Made by a program: the position numbers and the translations under genes. A stretch of DNA of 46,685 nucleotides, the filler included, from Catajapyx aquilonaris (taxonomy: Eukaryota), in the NCBI GenBank assembly GCA_000934665.2. It is 2 parts of 2 records of this genome, joined end to end, with 100 filler letters (N's around TTAATTAATTAA, not from the genome) between each part and the next. Parts side by side here need not be neighbours in the genome. Positions count along the whole stretch, not along the records: positions 1 to 23,308 come from JYFJ02005707.1; 1 more part is not named here. The stretch is one strand, 5' to 3'. Position 1 is the first letter of the stretch. Each line of letters opens with the position of its first letter. Under the pieces are notes generated by a model. The model had not been told where the DNA came from, made no database searches, and worked only from the letters and a program-made list of their open reading frames with translations. Shown piece by piece: positions 1 through 11,013 of this stretch.

Positions 1-357
1 CCCCTTGCGTATGGCCTTGCTTGTAGTAGCTACCAAGAAAACCTTTTTGAATGTTCCACTGATCTCCTTTCAACATTCTTAGCAAGGGAATAAGGGCGTT
101 GATAAAGGGTAGCACACCGGCAGGGCAGTCAGCACTGTCTTTTGCTTCTGAGGCCCTGAGTTCAATCCCCTGAGAGGGCAGTGAAATTTATCATGTGCAA
201 AGAGTTTTGATGGGTCTTGTTCAAGTTGGAATATACTTTACAAAGGCTTGGCTTGTGAATATTCCCCTAATAAACTATTCTGTAAATTGTCTTTGCTTGG
301 GATAATTATTAAGTTGAAGAATTGATTCACTAAATAATATTTTGCTTCTTATGGCAG

Positions 358-765
358 TGCCTCCACACATTGGCGAATCATACAGGCGGTGTGTGGGCAC
401 TTCAGGTGTCAGACAACACCATAGTGTCTGGATCAGCAGACGGAAACATCAAGGTATGGGATGCAGATAGTGGGACTTTAATACGGACACTCTTTGGGCA
501 TACAGCAACAGTCCGCTGCATGCAACTGCATGGCCAGAAGGTAGTGAGTGGATCTAGAGATGCCACCATACGAGTGTGGAGCATTGACACAGGCGAATGC
601 CTGCACGTTTTGTGGGGCCACATGGATTCTATCCGCTGCGTGCAGTATGATGGTCGTATTGTAGTCAGTGGAGCCTATGACCGCCTGATTAAGGTGTGGG
701 ATGCAGAAAGGGGAGAGTGTCTCCACACTTTGAAGGGACACACCAATAAAATCTACGCATTGCAG
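358..765 (+). CDS. FBXW7-like: FBXW7/archipelago-like WD40 protein, internal exon (CLHTLANH...KIYALQ)
   Basis: GGCAG| acceptor at 357 and CAG|GTGAG donor at 766; 408 bp in frame; HTGGVW, TVRCM, VSGSRDAT, RCVQYDG, SGAYD match FBXW7 propeller blades. Confidence 0.93.
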
Positions 766-1337
766 GTGAGGGAATAAATAGTTTCAGCAGTTGAAATTGC
801 ATGGCATAAAAGGAAATCAAGAAAATGTGATGTGTTCATATTCTTCAGCTGATAAGTGCTGTTCCCATGAAAATAAAAACAATTCTTTCATCCGTACCTT
901 ATTTTCTGGCTGGAGTTGGACCCATGTTTTATTGGGTCATTCAATTACATCAGCATGAAGCAATTTGTGATGACATGCTTTGTGTGTATGGAATTTTTGA
1001 AATTGCCATGTGTCCATGGCATTGTTACAAAAATCTTAAACTGTGGTTTTCATCTAAACTCTTACTTATACATTTGTGTAATTTTTTTCCTGATTTTCTG
1101 AGGGTCAAATTACAAACCTTGATGTGGAATGATCAAACTGAACTCTCGCACAACTTTGGTTTGGTTCTTTAGCATAATTTCTCAAGCAGCCTATGCAACA
1201 GATCTTGTTTTAAACAAGACTGCATTAATGTCTGTTAAGTTGTCAGCATTACATCTAGATATCTTCAAAGTGTACATTGTTCTTTGGATATTGTTTGAAG
1301 ATGCGATTCAGAAAATAGGCATAATTTTTTCATGCAG

Positions 1338-1548
1338 TATGATGGAGTCCATGTGGTGAGTGGGTCTTTGGACACTAGCATCCGAGTATGGGACGTAGAC
1401 AGTGGAGACTGCAGGCATATATTGATGGGCCACAGATTCCTCATTTCTGTGCTGGAGCTCAGGGACACCACCCTCATCTCAGGGGATACAGACGGTACTG
1501 TTAAATTCTGGGACATCACTACTGGGCAGTGCTTAAGGACACTTTCAG
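1338..1548 (+). CDS. FBXW7-like: FBXW7-like exon (YDGVHVVSGSLDTSIRVWD...QCLRTLS)
   Basis: TTTTTCATGCAG acceptor, G|GTTCGT donor; phase 0 start, phase 1 end; continues FBXW7 sequence. Confidence 0.92.
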
Positions 1549-1615
1549 GTTCGTGGAATGTCAAGTGATTTTGCAGGCTCAGCTTACTGTGGCTCATGAC
1601 TCGTTTTAATTTCAG

Positions 1616-1720
1616 GCCCTAACCGGCATCGGTATTCTATCACAAATTTACATATCAAGGGAAGGTTTCTTATCACTTCATCAGATGATGGAACCGTCAA
1701 GTTGTGGGATGTCAAGACAG
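1616..1720 (+). CDS. FBXW7-like: FBXW7-like exon (GPNRHRYSITNLHIKGRFLITSSDDGTVKLWDVKT), absent from the ORF track
   Basis: 67-bp intron 1549-1615 ending TTTCAG; 105 bp, phase 1/1; matches FBXW7 GPNKH...ITSSDDGTVKLWDLKT. Confidence 0.92.
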
Positions 1721-1864
1721 GTTGGTGCCCTTATTCTTGTGCGTAATTATACTGTATTACCTCACTTAAAGCGGCATGCAGGTGTAGTGGAGGTTGACCA
1801 GTTTAAAAAAAATGCATGATCTAGTGACTATACTGGCATGCCAGCCTAACCTAGGTATCGCATC

Positions 1865-2105
1865 CCGGCAATAACAGGGGCACAAGTCCAAAAATGACGA
1901 TTTTGACTTATTACTAGAGCAGGGTCCATGACCGTGTGCACATTCAGAATGCATAATTATTCTGATTTAAAAAAATTAATTATTCTGATTATTCGCATGC
2001 TGCATCAATACCTGATTTATGATAACACTATACCAACACTATACAACTTTCAAAGTGCTCTCCTGTGAAATTGACTTTTTGGACTTGTGCCCCTGTTATT
2101 GCCGG
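1865..2105. mobile_element. Small MITE nested in the 1752-3980 element
   Basis: 30-bp inverted repeat CCGGCAATAACAGGGGCACAAGTCCAAAAA / TTTTTGGACTTGTGCCCCTGTTATTGCCGG. Confidence 0.7.
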
Positions 2106-2274
2106 TATGCGGTATGCTGGTATAAGGCAATCTTAATCACAGAATTATCACCGTGAAATCTCTGTGAAAATTAGTATTACTCAAATGAATGCATTCATTA
2201 CACCAAGTTACACGGTGCAGATACAGCCTAGGGCACTTCTATTCCCTGACACATCCCATAAGATCGTTCGTTAA

Positions 2275-3090
2275 GGGGGCACTACAGTCAAAATCAAGGA
2301 TTTTGTAAAAAATCGCAAAAAAAACAACATTAGAGACAAGAAGTTGGGACTTCATTTTCATGAATGTACATAAGTCAAAGACCTATTAGCGCCTATAATC
2401 GAATCACGTTCGTGTGTCCGAGGGCCTCCAGGGGCGCGTGACGTCACGCCACTGTCGACACGATTTAGGACGCTGGGGTCAACCTACAACCGTCAGATTG
2501 GACCTCAGGCTTCCTTGAGCATGTAATTTTCCATTGACCCAGAATTATAATTTTTGAAATCGTTTTAGTATTTTTTGACGATAGCTACCAAATTAAGCAG
2601 TTTTGAGAAAACATTTAATTAGAGTAAAAATAGAAGTAATTCGAGCAGGCTAATTCTTTTGGTCAGAATGATAGCGCCATGTTTGAGGATAAATTTGGTG
2701 AAGTGGGAAGTCCGTAGCTAAAATTTTGTGGCCTGGGCGATGTCAACATTGTCCAAATCAGGCAAACTAAGAAAAGCGCAAGTAGGGTAACATAACAGAT
2801 AATGCGATTCAAAAAATACGTTAGTGTGACACAGACGCGCTGTGGTCAGCAGGACCGGCGTAGTGTCTCCGCGTCCGCGCGGGAGCAGCACCTGATGGCG
2901 CTCATGCCAGCGGGAAAGTGGGGAGAGGAGGGGGCCTTGCCAGGCAAGGTTCCCAGGCGTCTGCTCCCGATGGGCCAATTTTTTGAATTTCTGGTCTCAG
3001 TTTGCCGCGTTCGATGCAGGAAAAGACGCTTGATTTTTTTCAAAAATAAACAAAATAGAATTTTTGAAGGTCGATGACTGTAGTGCCCCC
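2275..3090. mobile_element. Kolobok-like non-autonomous element, 816 bp
   Basis: TTAA on both sides (2271-2274, 3091-3094); perfect 15-bp TIR GGGGGCACTACAGTC; purine (GG) start fits Kolobok rather than piggyBac (CC). Confidence 0.75.
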
Positions 3091-5172
3091 TTAAGTTCAA
3101 ATTTCACGGCAACATTTTCAATAATTAAAATTGCAAGGCTGCAAGAAGGGTAGCACATCTACCAGGATATTTCATGCGTTGGGTTTGGATTTTATTATCT
3201 GAGTAACTAGGCTTCTCAGACAAACTGATACCACTACACAAAGTGATCCTCTTATTGCCAACAAGATCTGCGACCAGCAAACTATTGAGCAAAACGAAGG
3301 ACTGAAGGAATTTGCCTGGATCCTTTGTAATGTTTACCAGGGTTCCCTTCCCAGAGCAGGCTGAATATGGGATTGGTCACACATGCCAGATTTTCTCACC
3401 CTATGCCACATTGGGGCTCATGTGACTCGTGTCTTACTTATGACAAAGCAACATCCTGCCTTGGGAGCGGTCATGATTCACACTTTCACAGCCTGAAATA
3501 ATTCCATCCTCTCTATCTCTGTTACTCGTTACTCACCCTTTTTTTCCAGCTACGCTGCTACTGATTGCTACTCGCTACACTGGCTACCACGCTACCTAAA
3601 CGGCAGCTATGCCGGGTATGAGTAGCCCTACACTAGTACACTACATGTCACAATCAGTACTATGCTACATCGTGAAGGTAATAAAGTATATGCGCGCCCT
3701 GCACCCCCCNGCCACCCCATTGCGGCGCCCCACCAGTTGAGAACCGCTGCTCTATATGCTCTGTGCAACATATGAACTTGCATATTCTCACAGCCCTGTA
3801 CTCGCACATTTTTCACTGTAACATTATTTTAGTACAGTATCAAATGCATTTCAAAAAATTTGACAAGGATCAAAATTATGGAAATCTACCTCTGGTATTG
3901 CGGCATGCTGGCCACCCCTGCTGGGTTATACCGGCATGCTCGCTTTATACTGGCATGCCACATTAAGTGAGGTAATACAGTACTCTGAATCGGAAGATCT
4001 TTGTAAAGAATATGTATACTGTATGAGCCACAAGGTTTTTATACTTGTTGCTGAAACCTGCTATAATCACTAAGGGTGGAATTCCGAGATATTGTTTAAC
4101 TTGAAATGTACTGTCAAAAATCGTTTGTCATCATCTGCATGAAAATTTAAACATCCTGCGATTCAAGGAAGCTGTTTAGTTATTAAATGCTCCTGTATGT
4201 GGTTGAGTTACAATTGGAATTTTAACCTGGGTAAGTGGGTGATTGAGGGACTGTTGAGTGGGAAAATGGTCAATCTAGACACTGCGTTCCGCCTAATAGT
4301 ATCACTGAGGTTTTGGACCAGGTGTGCCTACAAAATTTACATTTGCAGGCCTCCCTGTCCCAGAGCACTTTCCTGACATCCTGGCACCGCAATAAATTTC
4401 AGAATAAACAAGGTTTCACATAAGAAATGGCACACATACACTATCATTCCTACACACTGGCAGTATAAATATATTCTACTTAAACTGTCTTTGGACTTCC
4501 CCTTGATATTTTCTAACTTCCAGTACCACTCAAAGTACCACTTGAATGCAAATTTCTTCATCTGAAATGTCTGGTAACTGCCTTTATTAAAACTACCTTT
4601 GAACTGCAAAAAAGATCAAATTAATGTTACTCAAATATGAGCTAATAAAGTGAATATAGCTGAGGATAACAATTTTGGAAGTGAAAATCAACATTTCAAT
4701 ATTATTTTTGGCAACCAAATCGATGTGAATGGTTGCCATTTTTGCACCTGCTGATAACCAAAGTCCCAAAAGGCAGCTGAAGGTGCTAACTGTATACATC
4801 ATTGTTTTTACGAATAACCTTTCATGCATTTGAAACATTGCATTGTTGCTAGTATGTGTACTGTGTAAGTGCGAACCTCTGGCATCAAACAGTCAGTCAA
4901 AAAAGGTTACTCTAGTGAAGTCTTAATCCTAGAAATTCATTGCAGTGTGGGTCCTGAATGAATATAGTATGCTTGTTCAAACAATCACGATCATCAGAAA
5001 CTGAAGTTGCTCAGTCTAGTCTCTAGTGAGTAAGTGTTAATGCAGTTATTCAGGAGGTCCCAGGTTTGATCCCTAGTGGCAACAGTCCTGAGAGGGGGTT
5101 TCTGTTCAAAGACTTTTTCTGGAATGTTTTTCTTTTTGGAATGGCTACAACTGCTTGTAATTTATTGTTATT

Positions 5173-5465
5173 ACCGAAGCAGTGGTAGCGGAGGGGATTT
5201 GGTATCCGACTGCTAATCGGGATGTCCTGGGTTCGAATCCCGGTGGCCGCCGACCCTGACCGTGTTTTTCTGTGGTTTGCCACGGTCTCACCAGGAAAAT
5301 TCCGGGGTCGTGTCCGTAATTATAGGCCACAGCCGCTTCCTTCCGTCCCTATCCCGTCCCCATATAAGAGAAGTAAAATCGAAAGTAAGAGTTCCAGATA
5401 AAAAAATATGGTGGTATCCCACCCCCCTAAGAGAGCCCATGGCTCTAGCATGGGGTACAAATTAT
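5173..5465 (+). mobile_element. tRNA-derived SINE family A copy 1 (Nin/Deu-like core)
   Basis: B box GGTTCGAATCC; anticodon-like arm CCGA-CTGCTAA-TCGG; core AGGCCACAGCCGCTTCCTTCC; 15-bp TSD TAATTTATTGTTATT (5158-5172, 5466-5480). Confidence 0.88.
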
Positions 5466-5650
5466 TAATTTATTGTTATTTCTTGATTGCAATGATTAGC
5501 AAATAGGAGCTCTTCCTAAGGGGATTTTAGAAAGGGGTCTAGAATCGGATTTGCAATTATTATTCGTGCATCTGTAATCTCCCATTATTGTTTTCTGAAT
5601 GTAGCATGTCATAAAGGACTTGGCGATAGTGTTTCTCCAATATTCATTAG

Positions 5651-6002
5651 TTTTTTTTTGGTTTTTTTTTTTTGTATTACCCCGTGATAGGGCCAGAGGC
5701 CCTCTTAGAGGAGTGGAACACCACCACATTTCCATTCGATTTTCATGTTTTTTCTTCATACTCTGTGCAAGGAAGGACATGGGGTAAGGATGGGGATTTT
5801 TGAGAAGGGGACACAGGTGCAGGTGCAATGTCTGAAAATGGGTCATGTGCAATCCCCCTGGAGTCTAGGTTGCCAGACGCCTCCAAGGTGTGGGTCAGAG
5901 ACCCCCTGACGCAGGCAAAAGGGAACTCCCGGGTGGGATTCGAACCCGGGACCTTTCACACAGCTAGCTGAGACGTTACCAACTCAGCCACCATGCCTCC
6001 CC
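5651..6002 (-). mobile_element. tRNA-derived SINE family B copy 1
   Basis: Minus strand A box TGGCTGAGTTGG, B box GGTTCGAATCC, A-rich tail; colinear with 8168-8533. Confidence 0.85.
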
Positions 6003-6037
6003 GCTATTCGTTTGTTGTACCAGCAAGTAAGATTGTC

Positions 6038-6340
6038 ACCGAAGCAGGTTGGCATAGTGGATAAGGCGTCCGACTGCTAATCGGGAGGTCCTGGGTTCGA
6101 ATCCCGGGGCCGGCAACTTTGACCGTGGTTTTCTGTGGTTTCCCACGGTCCTTCCAGGGACATTCCGGAGTTGCTTCCGTAATTAATAGGCCACAGCCAC
6201 TTCCTTCCGTCCCTATCCTATCCCAAAGAGCACAGTAAAATGAAAGCAAAGAGTTCCAGACAAAACAAACTTCCCCCCTAAAGAGCCGATGGCTGATAAC
6301 GGGGTGTGAATTATTATATTATATATTATATATATTATAT
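6038..6340 (+). mobile_element. tRNA-derived SINE family A copy 2
   Basis: Colinear with 5173-5465; AT-rich tail; 13-bp TSD AAGTAAGATTGTC (6025-6037, 6341-6353). Confidence 0.88.
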
Positions 6341-6366
6341 AAGTAAGATTGTCTTGCACTTTGCAG

Positions 6367-6530
6367 GGGAGTTTATCCGCAACCTAGTTGTCCTGTCAAA
6401 CAGATGCAAAGGAGGATCTATATGGCACTTGCAGACTACGGAGACAAAATTGGTATGTGCAGTTGGAAGCTTTAATCATTCGGAAGAGACCAAGGTTCTT
6501 GTTCTTGACTTTGCTGCCAAGCTGGAATGA
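6367..6530 (+). CDS. FBXW7-like: FBXW7-like terminal coding exon (GEFIRNLV...KLVCAVGS...EETKVLVLDFAAKLE*)
   Basis: TTTGCAG acceptor at 6366, phase compatible with previous exon; characteristic FBXW7 C-terminus; TGA stop. Confidence 0.92.
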
Positions 6531-7907
6531 GATGGTGGGCTTTATCTCTTTGGGGTATGGTTGGGGGGCACTTGGGTGTTAGGGGGCATAGAATTTAAAG
6601 AAATATAGCAAACTGTATGCCATTGATTCAGGTAAGCATTTCTGTCCCCCCATGTCCCCCCATGAGGAAATGAGCCAAATATAAATGTATTTTGTTTTGT
6701 TTCCATATCACTTTTAGAAAGAGGGGAATGGAAATGTTTTCGCTTCCAAGGAATCTCCTAGCTGGTTAATTTTCTGTTATGTATGGTAGGCCTATCTCAT
6801 AATAATATAAGTGAAGAAAGGTTTCAGTGAGACAGGATAAAGTCCTGATTAGGATCTTTCTTATTACTCAGCCTCTAAATAGAGGCATATTGCCACTTTG
6901 ACAGAACTGCTCCTTTAATTTATGTTTGTCCAGTTTAATTTTGTTCATTTTATCTTATAGATAGGTTATTCTTTATAGGTTAATATTCTTTATTTTACAT
7001 CCATGCTTCCTATTTTATTTAGTTGGAAGAAATTCCATTGTCAAATATCTCTGGGAAGAATTTCAGGATGGCTGTGGTTGCATTTTTTAAGGTTATGTAA
7101 GTATCAATGTTTTATGTATAAATTAACATTGCATTCACAACTTCCCCATGATTTGGTATTTTAAAAATTCATTGTAAGTGGGAAAACTTGTTATGTCAGT
7201 GCAGATGGAAACAAACATTGCCCAGTTGCCAAACTTCAGCTATCATTGTATACAATTATATAGTGCAATTGAATTAATTTATTATTGTGCTAATTGATTG
7301 TTCCGAGGAGAAACTTACTTCAGGTGAAGTGTAGAACATCTGCCCAAGTGAGACCAATTGAGATGTCAAAAAATGTAATACAAGGTCTCTAGGCCTAGGG
7401 ACTGCATCATACCTGTGAGGTACATGTCAGAATTAAATTACAAACATATAATTATGTATATTAGTAAAAAAATAAAATACAGGAAACAACAAGGAAAAGA
7501 CTGATGTATTTCTTTCTACTTAAGTTTTCCCCTTTTGGTAAATATGATCAGCAATATGTTACAAGCTGCTCTTCTGCCTTCACCTCTTTTTAAGAAGGAA
7601 TGGATTGAGTAATTAGCACCTTGATTTTGTAATGAAACCATTGGAACACAAGATTATAATTTTTGCCATTATGAAAGCTGATGAATAATTAGTCATTCTG
7701 CCACAGGCGAGTGTTGCATTCATTCATCCCATGGTTTGTTTTTAAAATCAATGCATTTATTATTACTTTGAGTGATCTCAATGTATGATCCCATGCTCCT
7801 GAGTGACTTTGCCTCCCATCATTTTTGGGGGTATGCACCAAACAAGCACTGCCTGTTGCTCAATGAGAGGATGTAAAATTAGGCCTTTGTTTTTCTTGTA
7901 CAGTATA

Positions 7908-8065
7908 CAGTCGATTCCAGATATAAGAGCCCCAGCTATAAGCAACCCTCAGTAATAGCCAACATGAAAGGCTGGTCCTGCCATACTTCCATAACACCCT
8001 GTGTATTTTAACTCTGGATATAGCCAGCTCATTATTTTTCACTGTGTCTCAGTTATAGCCAACCA
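7908..8065 (+). mobile_element. Partial pogo/Tigger-type MITE related to 9909-10089
   Basis: TA|CAGTCGATTCCAGATATAAGAGCC...GCAACCCT...GAAAGGCTGGTCC shared with 9909 copy; right end unclear. Confidence 0.55.
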
Positions 8066-8167
8066 TTTCTTGGCCACTTGGTGTGAATACTGCTTTCCAT
8101 TACCTGGCGTCACCTTCTCATGCATAGGAAAGTCCTGTTTACTGGAGCAGGGATGATTTTCCCATAT

Positions 8168-8533
8168 TGTTTTTTTTTGTGTGTTATTTATTTATTTTAC
8201 CCCGTCATACAACTGTAAGTCGTTATAGGGGGTGTGGCATACCACCACCAGTTTTCTAGTATTTTTTTATATTTTTTTCTTCATTCTCCATGCAGGGAAG
8301 TAAGGAAATGGGGTAACGATAGGGATTTTTGGGGAGGGGACGCAGGTGCAAGTGCATTGTCGGAAATGGGTCATCTGCAGTTCCCCAGAAGGCTAGGTTG
8401 CCAAGACGCCTTCTTAGGCGCGGGCCAGAGACCCACTGGCGCAGGCGGAAGGGAACCTCCGGGCGGGGATCGAACCCAGGATCTTCCGCACAGCAAGCCG
8501 AGACGTTACCATCTCGGCCACCATGCCTTCCCC
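8168..8533 (-). mobile_element. tRNA-derived SINE family B copy 2
   Basis: A box TGGCCGAGATGG, B box GGTTCGATCCC; 14-bp TSD TGATTTTCCCATAT (8154-8167, 8534-8547). Confidence 0.88.
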
Positions 8534-8903
8534 TGATTTTCCCATATGTCACTCCTTAGGCTTCCTAGTCACAAGTTTTGCATCTGAAGGTTGAGGGACA
8601 CATGTGCTCTGTTCAATGTTTGGGAGTCTTAATGAGCTGCTTGCCTTGTGCTGGGTCACAGAACCTTGCACAGAACTGACCTTGGTTCCCAGCCATGCAT
8701 CAGCCCACCTGAGTCAGGCAGTTGGCAGTGAGACAATGACAGCCAAGATGTTGTGCATCAAGTTTATGAGGCACTCGATCCTTTACACTTGCCAAAAAGA
8801 TCAAATATTATTCTTTTTTGTTGACAACAAGAAGACAAAAGAATTTTGGAATTTATGGTCCTGCATAATTTATGGACGAGCTAATTTTGCATTTTTGGAG
8901 ATA

Positions 8904-9212
8904 CAGCCCGTTAAAGGAAAGACCGATCTGATGTCATCGTTATGTTTACCGACTCCTACTCGACGGAAATCTGTCAAATGCACCTCTGGAACTTCCACTT
9001 TTCCTGTTTCCATGGAAATGCTCTCACACAACAATACATGAGCAAATATTGTTCTTTTCCGTTGACACTGTTTGCTCATATTGTTGTGTGAGACCATTTC
9101 CATGAAAGCAGGAAAAGTGGTAGGTTCCAGAGGTGCATTTGGCAGATTTCCGTTGAGTAGGAGTCAGTAAACAAAACGATGACATCAGATCGTTCTTTCG
9201 TTTAACGGACTG
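8904..9212. mobile_element. Palindromic TA-flanked MITE (309 bp, ~145-bp arms)
   Basis: TA|CAGCCCGTTAAA...TTTAACGGACTG|TA; arms are reverse complements almost to the centre. Confidence 0.82.
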
Positions 9213-9908
9213 TAGTGTCATTAATCATCATACAATCATGTGCATTAAAGGCGTGTTGCAGGCAGAAAACCTTGTGTATTTGTTGAAAAAGTTGCTTTGT
9301 GGATATAGGAAACTTTGGTTATAGGATATGGTACTGATTTTAATAGTCTCTTCAAGTGACTTTACATAATATCCGGGGTCGCCTGTAATAGTAATACATT
9401 GACTGTGAGGAATTCTGCAGGAAATGAAACATTTGTAACAGACGATTTTCCTGTATTTATTCATCACCTTTTGTGTTTCTGTTCTTCTCTTAGTAATATT
9501 GTCAGACCTTCATCAAGTGATTAATCAGGTTACCCAGATCTTGCATCACTATTTTTCTGGATTCATAATTGTTTCTTTCAATCAGCTCTGTACAGCTGTT
9601 TTTCCACTGTTTCCTGTTGAGGGCTTGCAATCTACACTTCTTTGATGAAGAGATTCACTTGTCCTCATTTGTGGCCTGTAATAGAACTGTATTGCAGTAA
9701 ACTGATGCATCCAAAAGAGTACAAGATTATGTGTACCTGTACTTATTTCAAAACAAGAAAATGGGGGAGGAGGGCAGGGAGGGCAAAAAGTGAATGGGCC
9801 CCAGGAGAGAGTTGTACAGTATGTAAGTACGAGTATTAGGCATGCAATGCTACAAGTGCAACATACACTGGAATATGTAAATGTGGCACATAATTTCATA
9901 ATGTATTA

Positions 9909-10089
9909 CAGTGACTCCCGATATGAGAGCCTTTGCTATACGCAACCCTGATTAGTCAATTCGAAAGGCTGGTCCCACCGCACTCCATATAATTACGGTC
10001 TATGACTATGTATTTGAATATAGGAAACTTCAATTACGTGATACTGATTTCCGCGGTCCCTTGAAGACTATTATATCAGGAGTCAACTG
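9909..10089. mobile_element. pogo/Tigger-type MITE
   Basis: TA|CAGTGACTCCCGATAT ... ATATCAGGAGTCAACTG|TA. Confidence 0.72.
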
Positions 10090-10589
10090 TATATAGTACC
10101 ATATATGATTTGTATTCATGTCCAGTATGTTAACAGTAGCCTATAGAGGGCTGCACCAAAGGTATGCATTTTTATTGGCACTGGTTGTTTAGTGTGATTT
10201 TGACAGTGAGGGACATTTTCTTTCAGAGCAGGCCCCCCTCTGTTAGTGAAACATTTAGCAAAAATTCTGTTGCTGCAACTCTATTGATTATGAATATTTC
10301 TGTTAATTTTTGCTGATGATTTTGCCCATTTTTGGTAGTGCACATCACGCTTCACGCGTTTAAAAGCCTGCGAATTTTTTCCTTCCAGACATAAATGCAT
10401 GCCATATATCCATACAATGGGCAGTTATTACTTATCAAAATTCTATTCCTCATTGGATTAGCATGCAGTTTGGCATTTTTCTGATTTTGTAATTGTTCGA
10501 GCTTCAAATCCAGGCAACATGGCAATGAATTAAAGTGATTGGAATAGGAGGCAGGTAACGTCACCCAATAATGGATGTGAATAACGGTA

Positions 10590-11013
10590 AGGGCGACACG
10601 GTGGCAGAGTGGTTAGCGCAGCAGCCTTCCACCTCTAAGGTTCCGAGTTCGATCTCTGGATCGGACAGAGGATGCTTATGTCGATAGAGTTTCGATGGGG
10701 TCTCCGTGTTCGTGTGAGTTTTCTCGGGGTTCTTGTAACAGACCTGTACGATGACTGTACGATGCTTTCTTTATCGCTTGTGTTTGTAAAGCGAGTTAGT
10801 GGGAATACAGAGCTAGAGCTGAAAGGTTCACTAGTTGGCAGTCCTTCATTCAAACTTTACCTGCTTCGATTCCGCTGCGCAAATAAAGACATTACAGTTC
10901 TCCCATTTCCTCCCACTATCAAAATCCATCACAGCAAAGGCAATAATTAAAGTCGGTCAATTAAAAGATGATCCCCTAAAAAGCCCAAGGAGGCTTATCA
11001 CGGGGTATCCATT
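10590..11013 (+). mobile_element. tRNA-derived SINE family C (V/Meta-like core) interrupted by a solo LTR
   Basis: A box TGGCAGAGTGG, B box AGTTCGATCTC; core GTGAGTTTTCTCGGGGTTCT[insert]CCCATTTCCTCCCAC; 15-bp TSD ATGTGAATAACGGTA (10575-10589, 11014-11028). Confidence 0.85.
10734..10896 (+). mobile_element. 163-bp solo LTR
   Basis: TGTAA...TTACA termini, 5-bp TSD GTTCT (10729-10733, 10897-10901), AATAAA at 10882. Confidence 0.75.

Larger units (their letters stand above)
1752..3980. mobile_element. TA-flanked non-autonomous Tc1/mariner-type element carrying nested insertions
   Basis: TA|CTGTATTACCTCACTTAAAGCGGCATGC ... GGCATGCCACATTAAGTGAGGTAATACAG|TA terminal inverted repeats. Confidence 0.75.

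Noticed and set aside
100..180. Degraded tRNA-like head (GAGTTCAATCCC)
   Set aside because: Only a B-box-like motif; no body, tail or TSD identifiable.
5173..10660. Functional tRNA genes
   Set aside because: The tRNA-like heads run into SINE bodies with tails and TSDs; acceptor stems are not intact.
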